DNA from: Eledone cirrhosa | Lineage: Eukaryota | Length of the DNA: 64,000 bases | Direction: 5' to 3' | NCBI GenBank assembly: GCA_964016885.1 | Contig: OZ024763.1 | Span: forward strand, 28,210,001-28,274,000 | Shown: piece by piece, positions 38,851-53,893 of the stretch | How the letters are laid out: every line of letters starts with the position of its first letter | Numbering within the stretch: the first letter of the stretch is position 1 | Translations under genes and position numbers: made by a program | The notes under the pieces: generated by a model | Databases searched by the model: none | The model's input: the letters and a program-made list of their open reading frames with translations, nothing else | Told to the model about the DNA's origin: nothing

Positions 38851-39761
38851 TCCTCCCTCCGTTTTTCTCTGCCTTTCTCTCACTCTCTTTCCTTGTCACT
38901 GTTTTCCTCTCTCTCGTAGTTGTTTTCCATTCTCTCTCGTTGATCTTGTCCTCTCTCTCGTCGCTCAAGTCCTCTCTCTCTCTCCTCGCCGTTCTATTCT
39001 TTCTCTCTCTCTCTCTCTCATCTCCTCCCACCATACCTCTTTTCTATCCCTCCCCTCCCACCCCTCCTCCTACCCCCTTTAATTCACCAATCTTTAAAAC
39101 ATTGTCTCTTTTCATTTGTAAATCTGTTGTTTGACTTTTCAAGTTCAACGGGTACCTTGCTATTATTACTATTGTTGTTATTGTTCTTGTTTTGAAATTC
39201 CACCCTTTTTGTTCTTTTCTTTGTCTTTCTTGCTTGTATTGCACCTTTCTTTCTTTCTTTCTTTCCGTCCTTGGTTTCTCCATCATTATTCGATCTTTGC
39301 CTTCCTTTTCTATTTTATTCTCCTTCTTCTGTTTCCTTCGTCTTCTGATTTCTTCTTCTTTTTCCCTTCTTTTTTCTTTCCTTTTTTCCCCTTCTTTTTT
39401 CCCCCTTTTCCCCTTCTTTTCCCCCTTTTCCCCCTTCCTTTTCCCCCTTTTTTCCTTCTTTTTTCCCTTCTTCCTCTTCAGATTTCTTCTTTCTTCATTT
39501 TTCTTTTCTTTTTTTCTTCCCTTTTCTTCTTTCTTTTTCCTTCTTCATCTTCTGGTTTCTTCTTTTTCTCCATCATCATCATCATCATTGCCACAGTCAC
39601 CATCCTCATCACCAACACCACCACTTCACTTTCTTCTTCAGTTTCTTCGCTTTCTTCTTCGTTTTCTTCGCTTTCTTCGTTTTCTTCTTCTTCTTCTTCT
39701 TCTTCTTCTTATGGTTAATACCCCCACGCCACCCCCGCTAAATATGTTTCACTTTAAGTGA

Positions 39762-39880
39762 ATTTAACAGAATTTCGGCACAAATGCATAATTTTTCCCT
39801 TTCATTTTTTTTACTCCCGAAGAATGAAAGGCAACGCTAACCTCAGCGGGATTTGAACTCGGCACGTAAAGAGCCAAAAC
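39762..39880 (-). mobile_element. Meta-domain SINE fragment
   Basis: GAATGAAAGGCAACGCTAACCTCAGCGGGATTTGAACTC. Confidence 0.65.
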
Positions 39881-39914
39881 ATACAGACACACACATACAT
39901 ATATACATGTATAT

Positions 39915-40008
<94 letters not shown>

Positions 40009-40422
40009 GTATATAGACGCGAGTCTATATGTTAACATATATCTGAGGTGCGTCCGATTCCAGAGTCAGGATCAATCATCAATCATTAATCGATCGTTCC
40101 TCGAGCTGATCGACAATGAAACATATGTAATATGTAATTACATATGTATATGATGCAACACTGATTCATTGTTCCCTATATATATATATACATTATATAT
40201 AAGTATATATATATATATATACATTATATATAAGTATATATATGTATATATATATATACATTATATATAAGTATATATATACATATATATATATGTATGT
40301 ATGTATACATACTTGCGCACATATATATATATATTCAAAGCTTGCGCAGGGAATGCGATTGCATAAGGCGAACAAACAGCTGCACCAATGGACGTAGTCA
40401 ACTCCCTTCTTCAGTGCATGTG

Positions 40423-40477
<55 letters not shown>

Positions 40478-40682
40478 ACCATATATGCAAATACGTATTT
40501 ATATATATGCAGTGTTTGCAGTTTCCTGCTTACAGCCTTGCTTCCATTCTAATCCCTTAGTTTTGTGTCATTTCGCTTTTTAATTCCATTAAAAATATAA
40601 TCATTTAAATTCCAATTCCACCACCTGCCACCACCCCCCCCCCTCCATCTTACCCTACCCGGCTTCATGCCAGCTTATTCGC

Positions 40683-41051
<369 letters not shown>

Positions 41052-41549
41052 GTTTATCAATCTACTCCCCTCTTTCTTTGTCTCTATCTATCTCTCTATC
41101 CACCCCCTCTCTCTCTATCTCTTTATCTATCTACCTATCTCTATCTATCCTCCCTATCTATACCCTCTCTCTTTATCTATCTATCGTCTCTTTATTCCTC
41201 TCTCATTATCTACCCCCTCTCTCTATATCTACCCACCCCCTCTCTCTATCTATCTATACTCCTACTCCTACCCACACCTTACATATTTCCGTAAACCAAG
41301 AATGGTTATCCGAAAGGAAGTGGAAGAATTGATATTACAGTAGAAAGAAAGAAAGAAAGAAGGGAAGAAGGGAAGAAGGAAGAATAGAAGAAAGAATAAT
41401 TTTGAGATTAAAATTCGTTTTATTGTAATATTTTGAAATTTTGAAATTTTGCAGGCTTAAGCAAATTTCAAAATATATAAAAGATAAAACATAGAGAAAA
41501 GACAACAAAGGCAACAAAAACAACCAAAGACTTGTCTCTCCCCTTATTC

Positions 41550-41559
41550 GTCATCATCG

Positions 41560-41590
<31 letters not shown>

Positions 41591-42250
41591 AATAATGATC
41601 ATCATCGCAATTATCGTCTTCATAATCATCGCTGTAGTCACCATCATCGCCACCATCACAATCATCATCATCATCACCATCATCATCACAATCATCATTA
41701 TCACCATCGTCATTATCACAATCATCATTATCATCATCATCGCCACCATCACAATCATCATCATCACCACCATCACCATCATCGCCACCATCACAATCAT
41801 CATCATCACCACCATCATTGCCATCATCATTATCACCATCATCACCATCATCGCCACCATCACAATCATCATCACCACCATCATTGCCATCATCATCATT
41901 ATCATCATCATCGCCACCATCACAATCATCATCATCATTGTCATCATCACAATCATCATCATCATCATCACCATCATCGCCACCATCACAATCATCATTA
42001 TCATCATCATCACCATCATCGCCACCATCACTATCATCATCATCATCATCACCATCATCGCCACCATCGCTATAATCACCATCCTCCCCATCATCATAAC
42101 CATCATCATCATCATTTAAATAATAATCGCCACTATCATCATCATCATCATCATCATCATCATGATCATCATCACTACAGTCGTGGTATTCATGACCATC
42201 GTAGATAAATGCAACGATGATGATGATGATGATGATGATGATGATATTAT
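41550..42250. repeat. (ATC/ACC)n trinucleotide low-complexity tract
   Basis: Triplet periodicity; spurious poly-Asp, poly-Ile and poly-Met ORFs. Confidence 0.9.
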
Positions 42251-42498
42251 TAATGCTTCCTTTATTGGCCACAAGGGCCGCAATCCTCTCCTCCCACCAC
42301 CACCACCACAACAACAACAACATACACTACAAACCGTCATAAAAATGGAGGGCGAGGGGTGGCAAGTTTTACTATAAAATTTGGATGGTCATAGTTGAAA
42401 CCAATGGTGGGATCACCGTCTTGTTCCCTAAATCTTTCGGTTTTTATTTTCGCAGTTATGATCCCATTAACACCCACTCGACATGCACTACCCCTTCT

Positions 42499-42548
<50 letters not shown>

Positions 42549-42559
42549 TACACACGCTC

Positions 42560-42985
42560 ACTCTCACACGCATACAAACACTCAGATAAACTCAGATAAA
42601 CTCACATAAACTCACATACACTTCTCATACATACATGCATACATACACACACACACACACAAACACTCTCTCACACGCATATAAACACTCAAATAAACTC
42701 ACATAAACTCACATACACTTCTCATACATACATGCATACACACACACACAAACACTCACTCTCTCACACGCATACAAACACTCAGATAAACTCACATAAA
42801 CTCACATACACTTCTCATACATACATGCATACACACACACACACAAACACTCACTCTCTCACACGCATACAAACACTCAGATAAACTCACATAAACTCAC
42901 ATACACTTCTCATACATACATGCATACACACACACACAAACACTCACTCTCTCACACGCATACAAACACTCAGATAAACTCACAT
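42560..42985. repeat. ~92-bp CA-rich minisatellite
   Basis: CACACGCATACAAACACTCAGATAAACTCAC recurs about 5 times. Confidence 0.85.
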
Positions 42986-44449
42986 ACACATAAAGACTCA
43001 CACCAAAACACACATTGATATATATATACAGACTCACGCGGACAAACACTTAAAAATACTCACACACATCATCATCATTTTACGTCCGCTTTTCCCTGCA
43101 CTCTCTCACTCAGATACACACAAGCACACACGCACAAGCACTCACACACACTCACACACACACACTCTCACACACATACATACATAACACTCTTACATTC
43201 ACACACAAACACTCGCATAATCACACATTCACTCACACAAACATTCACTTACAGACACTTACAAATTCTCACACACACATATAAACACTCAGACACGCTC
43301 ACAAACACACCCAGACCCCCCCCCCACACACACACACTCTCTCACATACATACATACATACATACATACATACATAAGCACTCTTACATTCACACACAAA
43401 CACTCGCATAATCACACACATTCACTCACACAAACATTCACTTACAGACACTCACACACACATAAACGCTCACTCACACACACATAAACGCTCACTCACA
43501 CACACATAAACGCTCACTCACACACACATAAACGCTCGCTCACACACACATAAACACTCACACAAACATTCACATACAAACACTGACAAATTCTCACACA
43601 CATATGAACCCTCACACACGCTCCACAAACACACTCAGGCACCCACACCCACATCCTCACACACACACACACACACTGAAGCACCCACACGCTCACCGTC
43701 ACTATCTCACTCACACACTCTCTCTCACACGCACACAAACACTCTCACACACACACAAACACACATGGAATTATTCATGTACAAAAGTTTGAAACATATT
43801 CTCATATTGTATACAATTAATCCATTCCAAAGCTACATCATAATGTATTACATAATTTTCCTCTGCTTCTATATAATATTTCTTTTCATTTTTTTGTCAT
43901 GTATTTTATCTGGGTGGCGGGCAAAGAATAGATATAGTTTATACCCCTTTCCACATCCTCCCTCTTGACACCAGAGTCATCATTTATGCTCCCATAATGC
44001 TCTGAGTAATAATAATGAAACGTGGAGGAGGTTAGCGTATTTTAATGGATTGTATAATATATATTAAAAAATAGATACTAAAAATGACGGGAATTTTTTG
44101 TATGATGAAGATGTTGTTTGTTAACATTTTCCCTCTTTCTCTTGTATGTATCTGTGTGTGAGTAAAATGATACTTTTGTGTACATGGTTTGTCCAACGTT
44201 TATTATATAACTCTCGTTCTTCATGGTGTGATGGTGTGAGAGATTTTACTGTGTGTTAGAATATTTTATTGCCTTGCCCTGCCCCTCCCTCCCCTTCTCT
44301 ACCACCTCTCTCCCCTCTCTAGCACCTCTCTCTCCCCTCTCTAGCACCTCTCTCTCTCCTCTTTACCCCTCTCTCTCTAGCCCCTTTCTCTCACTCTACA
44401 CACACGCACACACATATATATATACACACATACACACACGCACACAAAG

Positions 44450-44500
<51 letters not shown>

Positions 44501-44504
<4 letters not shown>

Positions 44505-44577
44505 GTGCCCTAAAATATGTATACACATTTCAACAGCTTTCTAATAAACATGTGTATACATTTTTTGGGACACCCTG
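44501..44577 (+). mobile_element. ~75-bp Tc1/mariner-type MITE
   Basis: CAGGGTGCCCTAAAATATGTATACACAT..ATGTGTATACATTTTTTGGGACACCCTG-TA. Confidence 0.8.
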
Positions 44578-44631
44578 TATATATATGTGTATGTATGTGT
44601 GTATATTTGCAAATATATATGTATGTATTTA

Positions 44632-44693
<62 letters not shown>

Positions 44694-44837
44694 ATCTGAC
44701 TGTACTTGCTTATTTCCTGGAGTATCATTGACTCTTGGCAGCCATCTTGTCTTGTCATATCTCTTACCACCACCACCACCACCACCATCACCACTACAGC
44801 CCTTGTGCCTCTTCCTCTATTAAATAGAATATTAATA

Positions 44838-44873
<36 letters not shown>

Positions 44874-45068
44874 GAGTAAAATAAAATAATAATAAAAAAC
44901 ATTAAAATGTAGCCTACTTAATGTTTGGCAAGAGAAATTTAGTTCTGACGAGAATTCAGCTACAGAACATCTGATATGCTTGGTTAAGGATAAAGAATTA
45001 TATATATATATATGTGTGTGTATGTATTTATGTGTATATATATATGTATTTATGTGTATATGTATGAA

Positions 45069-45115
<47 letters not shown>

Positions 45116-45271
45116 ATATGTATGTATGTATCTATATGTGTATATGTATGTATGTATGTATGTATTTATGTTGTACGTATGTATTTAAAAGTCAGGCATG
45201 GCTGTGTGGTTAAGATTTGCTTCGCAACTATGTGTTTGGATGAAAGCGTCCATGTTTCATTTCCATGTAGC

Positions 45272-45680
45272 AAGATTGGTTGAATTTTTACTTGGAAGAG
45301 TCTTGAAGCGTAGAGTTACGTAACTTTACGTTCTAAGTTCAAATCACGCAAGATTAACTTTGCCTTTCATCCTTACGGGGTCGATAAAATAAAGTACCAG
45401 TAATGCCGTGGGGTTGATTCAATCGACTCCCCCCCTCCCTCTTCCCTTTCAAATCTTCGACCTTGTCCCAAATGTAGAAACAGTGGATGGGCAGAATCGG
45501 TAGAGAGTCGGACGCCATGCTTTGCAGTATAGTTACGGCCCTTTATGATCTGAGTTCAAATCCCACCGAGGTTAACTTTGCCTTTCATCTTTACGGAGTC
45601 GATAATGTAATGAGGTAGATTTAATCGACTCCCCCCCCCCAATTATTGGCCTTGTGTCTATACTAGAAATCATTATTATT
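45272..45680 (+). mobile_element. Two tandem Meta-domain SINE copies
   Basis: GTTCAAATC B-boxes and GCCTTTCATC.TTACGG.GTCGATAA cores. Confidence 0.8.
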
Positions 45681-46043
45681 GAAATTTGTGCCAAAAGTAG
45701 AAACAATTATTATTAAAATTTGAATTATATTTTGTTTGTGTTTAGTATGTGTCAACACCCTATCATTTGTTGTATACAAACGTGTGTGGTATGTGTCGTG
45801 TTTGTATGTGTGTGATTTAATGTTATGATACTGTATATGATTGTCCTAGGTTTGTCTGTTGGCCCTGACTTAGTCATATCTTTGTCGGTTCTTAGCTTCT
45901 GAATTTAAAATTGTTTGCAGTTTACTAATCGTCTTTTCTTTCCTTTTCCCTTCAGAATAAACAAAGAATCTCTCTCCCTCCCTCTCCCTCTCTCCCTTTC
46001 CCTCTCTCTCTTTCTCTCTCTCTCTGTCTCTCTCTCTCTCTCT

Positions 46044-46076
<33 letters not shown>

Positions 46077-46153
46077 TGTGTGTGTGTATATATATGTGTG
46101 TGTGTATATATATGTGTGTATATTGATGTATAGTACATATATTTATGTATGAA

Positions 46154-46203
<50 letters not shown>

Positions 46204-46204
46204 C

Positions 46205-46265
46205 ATACACATATTTTATTAGAATGCTGGTGAAGAGTGAGTATACATTTTCGGGGGACATTCTA
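46205..46265 (-). mobile_element. Diverged MITE copy, opposite orientation
   Basis: TTATTAGAATGCTGGTGAAG..GTATACATTTTCGGGGGACA. Confidence 0.55.
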
Positions 46266-46476
46266 TATATGTATATATATATATATAAAGAGAGTTTATA
46301 GTACAAAAAGAAAAACAAATACCTGTCTGACTATGCATACATACATTTATATATACACATATGTATGCATCGACATCAAAAATCTCAGGAATGAGTCATT
46401 GTAACAGTCACTTGGACTGCTAAGCTCCGTTCCACTTCACACATACTTTCACCCAGATATATTTAGGTGAGAATGA

Positions 46477-46518
<42 letters not shown>

Positions 46519-46557
46519 TTAGAGATATAGTTTCCTTTAAGTGTTTATAAACACACA

Positions 46558-46724
46558 TAAGCATGGCTACGTCGTTGCAGGGTTCGCCTTGCCTTGCAAC
46601 CACGTGATTCTTTGATCAGTCTCACTCCGTGATGGTGCTTTAGACAAATGTCTTCTATAGTCGCTGGCTGACGAAAGCCTTGTCAGTAAATCCTGGTAGC
46701 TGGAAATTTCAAAAATGCTCTCTC

Positions 46725-46726
<2 letters not shown>
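46558..46726 (+). mobile_element. Diverged tRNA-derived SINE of a third family
   Basis: GCATGGCT head, CORE-like TTTAGACAAATGTCTTCTA, tail AAAGCCTTGTCAGT..TGGTAG..GGAAA..TCGTATATA. Confidence 0.5.
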
Positions 46727-46780
<54 letters not shown>

Positions 46781-46782
<2 letters not shown>

Positions 46783-46885
46783 CGGAAGAAATGTGGTAAG
46801 AAACCTGGTGGACCATAGCGCACCAAAGTACTCAATACTTAGGGTAGTAGAGTGGCAGCCGTCGGGGTCCTACTCGTTCCTATAT
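46781..46885. mobile_element. Family D insert (short fold-back variant)
   Basis: TGTGGTAAGAAACC..GTACTCAATACTTAGGGTAGTAGAGTGG joined to inverted GCCGTCGGGGTCC; lies in (TA)n. Confidence 0.6.
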
Positions 46886-46985
46886 ATATATAAAGTAAGG
46901 ACAAGGCAACGAACGGAAACAAAACAAATCGAAAAACTATTTTCTAAGGGAAAACCTTATAAAATGTTCTTCTTTTTACTTGCTT

Positions 46986-47020
<35 letters not shown>

Positions 47021-47023
<3 letters not shown>

Positions 47024-47164
47024 GAAGCAAGTATGGTAAGGAACCAGGTGGACCATAACGCACCGGAGTACTCAATACTTAGGGTAGTAGAGTGGGTAAT
47101 AGGAAAAGAGTCAGGGCCCCGGCGGCTGAGCTCCGGCCGTCGGGGTTCTGATTCTTTTACTATA
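47021..47164. mobile_element. Family D insert (fold-back centred on the putative stem III loop)
   Basis: Shared tail, then AAAAGAGTCAGGGCCCCGGCGGCTGAGCTCCGGCCGTCGGGGTTCTGATTCTTTT hairpin; lies in (TA)n. Confidence 0.6.
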
Positions 47165-47172
47165 TATATGTG

Positions 47173-47211
<39 letters not shown>

Positions 47212-47215
<4 letters not shown>

Positions 47216-47385
47216 CGGGTAAAATTCCCGAGATCCATGGACGAGTTTTCTCCAGCGGTCTCTGTCCCTCATTATCGCTGCCATATCCTGCATCTCCAAC
47301 AGACCAGTGTCTGTCCTTAGGGCATCAACATATGTTAACCTTGGTCTTCCTCTTCCAGTTATGGTCTTCCTCTTCCTGGTCGTTA
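47212..47385 (-). mobile_element. 3' fragment of an RTE-type LINE ORF
   Basis: Minus-strand translation GRGRPRLTYVDALRTDTGLLEMQDMAAIMRDRDRWRKLV matches the GRP..D..M.DR..WR C-terminal motif. Confidence 0.75.
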
Positions 47386-47487
47386 TGACTCTGCTGGCTT
47401 AGAGCCACAGAGAGGGCCAGTGGATGATGGATCAGCTGTCTCTGAGACAAATATAAAGAATGCAGTTTTGTCCTGCAGAAGAGCCAT

Positions 47488-47573
<86 letters not shown>

Positions 47574-48164
47574 GCCTATATAAAGGAAGTGACACTACAC
47601 TAGCTGATGGTGCCCTCGTTAATATCTAGGTGATCTCTGAGCTGTTGGGTAGCTGAATTTACCCTGGGAATTGCACCCCCCTCCCTCCCCAACCAATTAC
47701 ACAACCACAACATTGGATTAATTTAATCGACTTTGCCCTCTCCTCTAAACAGTGTTGGCCTTGTGCCTAAATTAGTAACCAATATATTTTATTTAGTTAT
47801 CTGTCTATTCATTTATTATTTTTCCATATTTTAATTATTAAGCACGGATATTTTTATAGCTTGAGAGTTCAAAGGGCTCCGTGGTGGTGTGTGGGGGTAA
47901 GGGTAGGGTCCTGACACGACAATTGTCAACTAAAAATGACAGACAGTTTGGGAGACTGTGTGTGTGTGTATGGGGACCATTTGGAGCTGGCTTGATTGAC
48001 AGGTAGTAGTTTCTATAACAGGTTATTTCGGACGTCGCTGTGTGTGGATGTAAGTTGCCGCTGACAAAATGCATATATAATATTATATTATATTGTATTG
48101 TATTATATTGTATTGTATTAAGTCACATGTTATCAAAGATTGGCTGTCATTTCATTATATGTAT

Positions 48165-48240
<76 letters not shown>

Positions 48241-48435
48241 ATGTATATGTGTGTGTGTATGTATATACGTGTGTGTATGTATATACGTGTGTGTATGTAT
48301 ATATGTATGTATATATATATATATGTATGTATATATATATATATATATAATATATATATATGTGTGTGTGTATGTATCTATATGTATATATATAATCTAC
48401 TTCCTCCTAAGCGTGGTGTCTTATCATTTCTTGAA

Positions 48436-48569
<134 letters not shown>

Positions 48570-48846
48570 ACTTTTCTAAGTGGATTGAATCTATTTTCTG
48601 CAACAGGTGACAACAATGGCCACTGCTAAAGTTTAAAATGATAATAATAATAACAATAACAACAATGATAATGATAGTGAAGTGCTTGATAAAGACCAGA
48701 GATTAAAAACCTTGCTTTGAAACAAACCTAGAATTAACCGAAATTATAAATGTCTGGCTTAGAGTAATTTATTCGTTTGTCTGTCATGTGATGTGGTAGT
48801 GTATACCCTGGATATATATATATATAAATATATGTGTGTGTGTGTG

Positions 48847-48891
<45 letters not shown>

Positions 48892-48976
48892 GTGTGTGTG
48901 TGTGTATATATATATGTGTGTGTGTGTATATATATATATGTGTGTGTGTGTGTATATATATATATGTGTGTGTGTG

Positions 48977-49025
<49 letters not shown>

Positions 49026-49140
49026 GTGTGTGTGTATATATATATATATGTGTGTGTGTGTGTATAAATATCTATATAAGTATGTATATGTGTATGTGTG
49101 TATATATGTATGTGTCTGCGTATATATATCTATATAAGTA

Positions 49141-49184
<44 letters not shown>

Positions 49185-50361
49185 GTGTGTGTGTATGTGT
49201 AGTCTATTCATTGCCAACAACTCTATTCCAATCGTTCATTGTCTACACATACACACATACACACCGGTCACACACACACCGGTCACACACACCCCCACAC
49301 ACACCCACACATACACACCGGTCACACACACATACACACCGGTCCCCCCCCCCCACCCACACATACACACACACACCGGTCACCCCCCCCCCCCCTACAC
49401 ACACATACACACCGGTCACACACACACCCCGGTCACACACACACACACACATACACACCGGTCACACACACACACACCGGTCACACACCCACACACACAC
49501 CCTTGTATTCAATACACTTAACAACCTTGCAACAAACACACACTACATAAAATGGTTGTGACCACTTAAGCTAAACGTTGTCCCTAGCCGTCCCCCTAGT
49601 GCCCTTCGTGTTAAATAGGTCAACTCCCCCACTATCCTTTTCTCACTTTCTCTTTTATATTCTTTCTTTTAATCTCTACCTTTCTCTCTTTTCCTTTCTC
49701 TCTCTACCACCAGTGCTGTAATTAAGTCTTTCTGCCCCCACACCCCCACACCCCTTACGTTTCCCTCTTTTGTTTCTATCCTCTTTCTTTCTATCTTTTG
49801 TCTTTCTTTCTTATTTTTTTTATTGTTTTCACACCCGACCACTTAACCTAACACCTTCACACATATAGACACACATATAGACACACATATAGACACACAA
49901 ATACACACGCACAGTCACACACACACACACACAAACAAAGGTGTACAGAGACTCACTCACATTCCCTCACACATAGACATAAACAATTACACACACACAC
50001 TCACACACACACTCATTGAAACAGACACACAGACTCACTCACATTGACATACACACACATTCACACACACATTCACACAAATATACATACAAATAAATAC
50101 ATACTCACACACACATTTACACAAACATACAAATATATACACACTCACACATACACACAAACACACATACACTTACACACTCACACACACAAACAGACAC
50201 ACACTCACCATTTCTCAAACACCAAACCTTTATTTTTTTTTTACTCAACAACCTTTTTTCTATTGTTACCTCACTTCCAGGCTCCCCCCTACTCCGGCCC
50301 TTTCACTATTTCTATCCCTATCCCTTTCTCAAACTTTCTATCAATCTCTTTCTCTCTCAAA

Positions 50362-50515
<154 letters not shown>

Positions 50516-51250
50516 CTGCCTCTTTAATAATCTCTCTCTCTCTCTCTCCAATACCATTGCAATCACTAACACTTCCACTATTTAGAACAACTATCTTTCT
50601 TGCTATTTGTCTCTCTAGATTCCCCCTTCATTCTCTCTCTCTCTCTCTCTCTCTCTACGACCCCACCACTGTCACTACAACCCACCACCATCATCACTGC
50701 CACTAAAATCCCCGCACCACCATCACCACCTCTAATTGTCGTCCTTGCTCTTGAATTGTCTGTCTGTCTATGTTTCTGTTGATTTTTGTTATCCTTCTGC
50801 TCGTGCGTCGCTTTTCTTCTCGTTCTCGCCCTCGTCTTTTGTTTTCCATACAGTTTTCGTATTGTGTACTCTGTTGCACTCCCCCCCCCCCGCCTCTCTC
50901 ATACTTTATAAAACTTTATAATACCTTCAACCAAACACAACACGACACAACCTGTAATTTGTTTCATTCTTAACGCAAGTGTATAAAGTGTAATGAGGTT
51001 AGCGGAAGGTTGGTAGGGTTAGGTTGGCTTATAAATAGCTGTGTGATAGAGAAATAGATAGAAAGATAGATAGATTGATAGTGAGTGACTGAGAGAGGAG
51101 ACTCTTAACCACACAAAGATGGATAGTAGACAAGGTGCTTTAAAATAAAGTAGAAATAAAAGTGAAAGCTAATTGTTTAAAGCAATTTGCTATAAGTGTT
51201 AATTTCCCCTCCAACAAACTACTGCCGCCGCCATTGCATTGTTGTTGCTG

Positions 51251-51295
<45 letters not shown>

Positions 51296-51479
51296 TATTC
51301 TTTGTCTCAATCCTTTCCTCTTCGTTTCCTTCCTGTCTCTTCCTCAATTTCTTGTCGTTTTACGTTGTCAACCTTGAGTTTTAAAATTGTTTCGTTCTCA
51401 GCAAATGACCGATGAGTAAGCTCTGTCATTTGGTATGTAACCTATGCTGAGAAATAAAAGGAAATTTGCCACTCATTTA

Positions 51480-52400
51480 GCAAGGTTTAGCTGGCCTCGC
51501 ACAAAGTTACATCTCATTATAAGAGGCTTCTCAGGTGTTTTAATGATAGGGTCCCCAGTCCTATCTTGATCAGATTGTTTCAGCTCACACCCACGTAGGT
51601 TTAGCCGGCGAACTACAAGGTTACGTCTCTTCGTCAGTGGTTTATCAGGTGTTTTAATTATAGGGGCCCCAGTCCTATCTTGTTCATGTTGTTACAGCTC
51701 ACACCTATGTAAGTTTAATTGGCCTCATGCAAGGTTTCATAACATAAGAGGTTTCTCGGATGTTTTAATGACAGGGACCCAATCCTATTTTGTTCATGTT
51801 GCTACAGCTCACACCCACGTAGGTTTAGCTGGTCTCCTACGAGATTACATTTCATGAGTTTTCTCAGGTGTTTTAATGACAGTGGCACAGTCCTATTTTG
51901 ATCATGTTGTTACATCTCACACCTATGCAGGTTTAGCTGGCCTCCTACGAGGTTACATCACATAAAAATCTTCTCTTCTGAAGTGTTTTAATGACAGGGG
52001 CCCATTCCTACCTTGATCGTGTTGTTACACCTATATAAGTTTAACTGGCCTCCTACGAGATTATATCTCAGAAGAGGTTTATCAGGTGTTTTAATGAGTG
52101 GTCCTGGCACTGTCTTCTTGGTGTTACCTCTCACACCTACGCAGGTTTAACAGGCTCCCTCCGAGGTTACCTCTCACAAGAGGTTTCTCAGGTGTTTTAA
52201 TGAGTGGTCCTGGCACTGTCTTCTTGGTGTTACCTCTCACACCTACGCAGGTTTAACAGGCTCCCTCCGAGGTTACCTCTCACAAGAGGTTTCTCAGGTG
52301 TTTTAATGGTAGCGTCTTCCCAGTCCTACCCTGTTGTGGTTTGGCTGCTCTCCTATGAGGGGTTATCTCATATAGGGTACTCGGGTGTTTTAACGATAGT
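51480..52400. repeat. ~106-116-bp complex tandem repeat, about 8-9 diverged copies
   Basis: GGTGTTTTAA-like motif recurs at about 51533, 51647, 51760, 51866, 51982, 52084, 52190, 52296 and 52384. Confidence 0.85.
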
Positions 52401-52594
52401 GTCTGTCTAGGAATACTCAGCCATTTATTTTTACGTTAATTCATAAGTCCGGCGTTCAGTTTATGAATGACTGAATTCTCATAGTCGAAACCGAGGAAGG
52501 ATGATACATCACCATTATCATCATCATCATCACCACTATAACCATCACCATCATCATAGCGAAACATTTCCCTCTGAAGATCGAGGAGCAAAAA

Positions 52595-52720
52595 AGCAAA
52601 ATTAATTACATACAGCCAAGTTCCCCACTATATGCAAATGAGCATTATCAGCAGGTAATTAACATTTGCTGTATATGCAGATGTGAATCTCCAATAAATG
52701 TTCATCACTCACAAAATTAT
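52595..52720. promoter_or_regulatory. Candidate enhancer (POU octamer plus homeodomain sites)
   Basis: ATGCAAAT 52632-52639; TAATTA at about 52603 and 52656; unique sequence. Confidence 0.25.
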
Positions 52721-52762
52721 CTATAAACACTAGTCTATTTCTATGCCAGTACAGGTTGAGTA

Positions 52763-52813
52763 AGTGTTACTGATGAAAGATTAATAAATCTTGAAACAGC
52801 GCTGTAGGGTATT
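52763..52813 (+). ncRNA. Type I hammerhead ribozyme, family G (intact core, weak stem I)
   Basis: CTGATGA(52770)-AAGATT-AATA-AATCTT-GAAA-CAGCGCTG-TA(52806); 6-bp stem II; palindromic stem III ACAGCGCTGT. Confidence 0.72.
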
Positions 52814-53128
52814 CTGAAAATGTACGAGTAACCCTCTAGTATATTCACAGAGGAAAATAGAGAAAAATAAATGTTTTCCTTACGAAATAATATTTTTCTT
52901 TGATGGCAAATCTACCCATATGTTTGTTGTGTATAACGGTATAGCTTGTTTGTATTTGTTTTCATATACACTCCTATTATGTTTAAATGCTATCTTAGTG
53001 CTACTCTTAATATATATATATATATATAATATATATATATATATGGTGTGTGTGTATACATATGTATGGGTGTATATATATAATTTGTGTTTATATAATA
53101 CATATATATATATATATATATACATATG

Positions 53129-53159
<31 letters not shown>

Positions 53160-53320
53160 CACCCTATTTGACAAAGATGTTGATGTTTATTTCTGAAATA
53201 TGTTTCTGTAATCTAATGCAAAAAGAATATTATTTCTAAACCCCCCCCCCCCCCCCACTCCGTCCATAATTGTGTCTCCCTTCTTCCCCCTAAATATCTC
53301 TAGCCCCTCCTTTCTCTCTT

Positions 53321-53354
<34 letters not shown>

Positions 53355-53404
53355 TTTTTTTTGTATTTATATAAGTATATACATATCTATGTGTATGTAT
53401 ATAA

Positions 53405-53468
<64 letters not shown>

Positions 53469-53480
53469 GTATTTATATAA

Positions 53481-53518
<38 letters not shown>

Positions 53519-53567
53519 GTATTTATATAAGTATATATATATATATATAATATATATATATACATGT

Positions 53568-53607
53568 ATGTAAAAGGTAAACAGAAATAACAACACAATC
53601 GGTACAG

Positions 53608-53609
<2 letters not shown>
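53568..53609 (-). mobile_element. Isolated 3' terminus of family B element
   Basis: GTAAAAGGTAAACAGAAATAACAACACAATCGGTACAGTA within (TA)n. Confidence 0.65.
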
Positions 53610-53659
<50 letters not shown>

Positions 53660-53801
53660 TACCCTCTTTGGTTCTTTCTTTCCTTCTTTTGTTGCTGTTG
53701 TTGTTGTTAACAGACTTGCGGAAGTCTTTTGACTGGATGCTGTCTGGGCAGTCATCCGTATAGGAAAGCTTAGTTACCGAATAATAATTATTTTCTTCTT
53801 T

Positions 53802-53832
<31 letters not shown>

Positions 53833-53837
53833 TGTAG

Positions 53838-53893
<56 letters not shown>

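Noticed and set aside
40381-40420. Minus-strand CTGAAGA-AGGGAG-TTGA-CTAC-GTC as a hammerhead
   Set aside because: Needs an assumed deletion to restore stem II and GAAA; too speculative
41468-42323. Asp-rich 259-aa ORF resembling acidic shell proteins
   Set aside because: Pure (GAT/GGT)n tract open in several frames, with no signal peptide or splice evidence
51391-51421. Possible 14-nt micro-exon (TTCTCAG|CAAATGACCGATGA|GTAAGC)
   Set aside because: Weak pyrimidine tract, frame-shifting length, and it sits in a hairpin; chance-level without RNA data
52455-52495. GACT..AGTC-GAAACCG and (53735-53775) hairpin-GGAAAGCTTAG as hammerhead halves
   Set aside because: No recognisable CUGANGA strand and no second copy in the window
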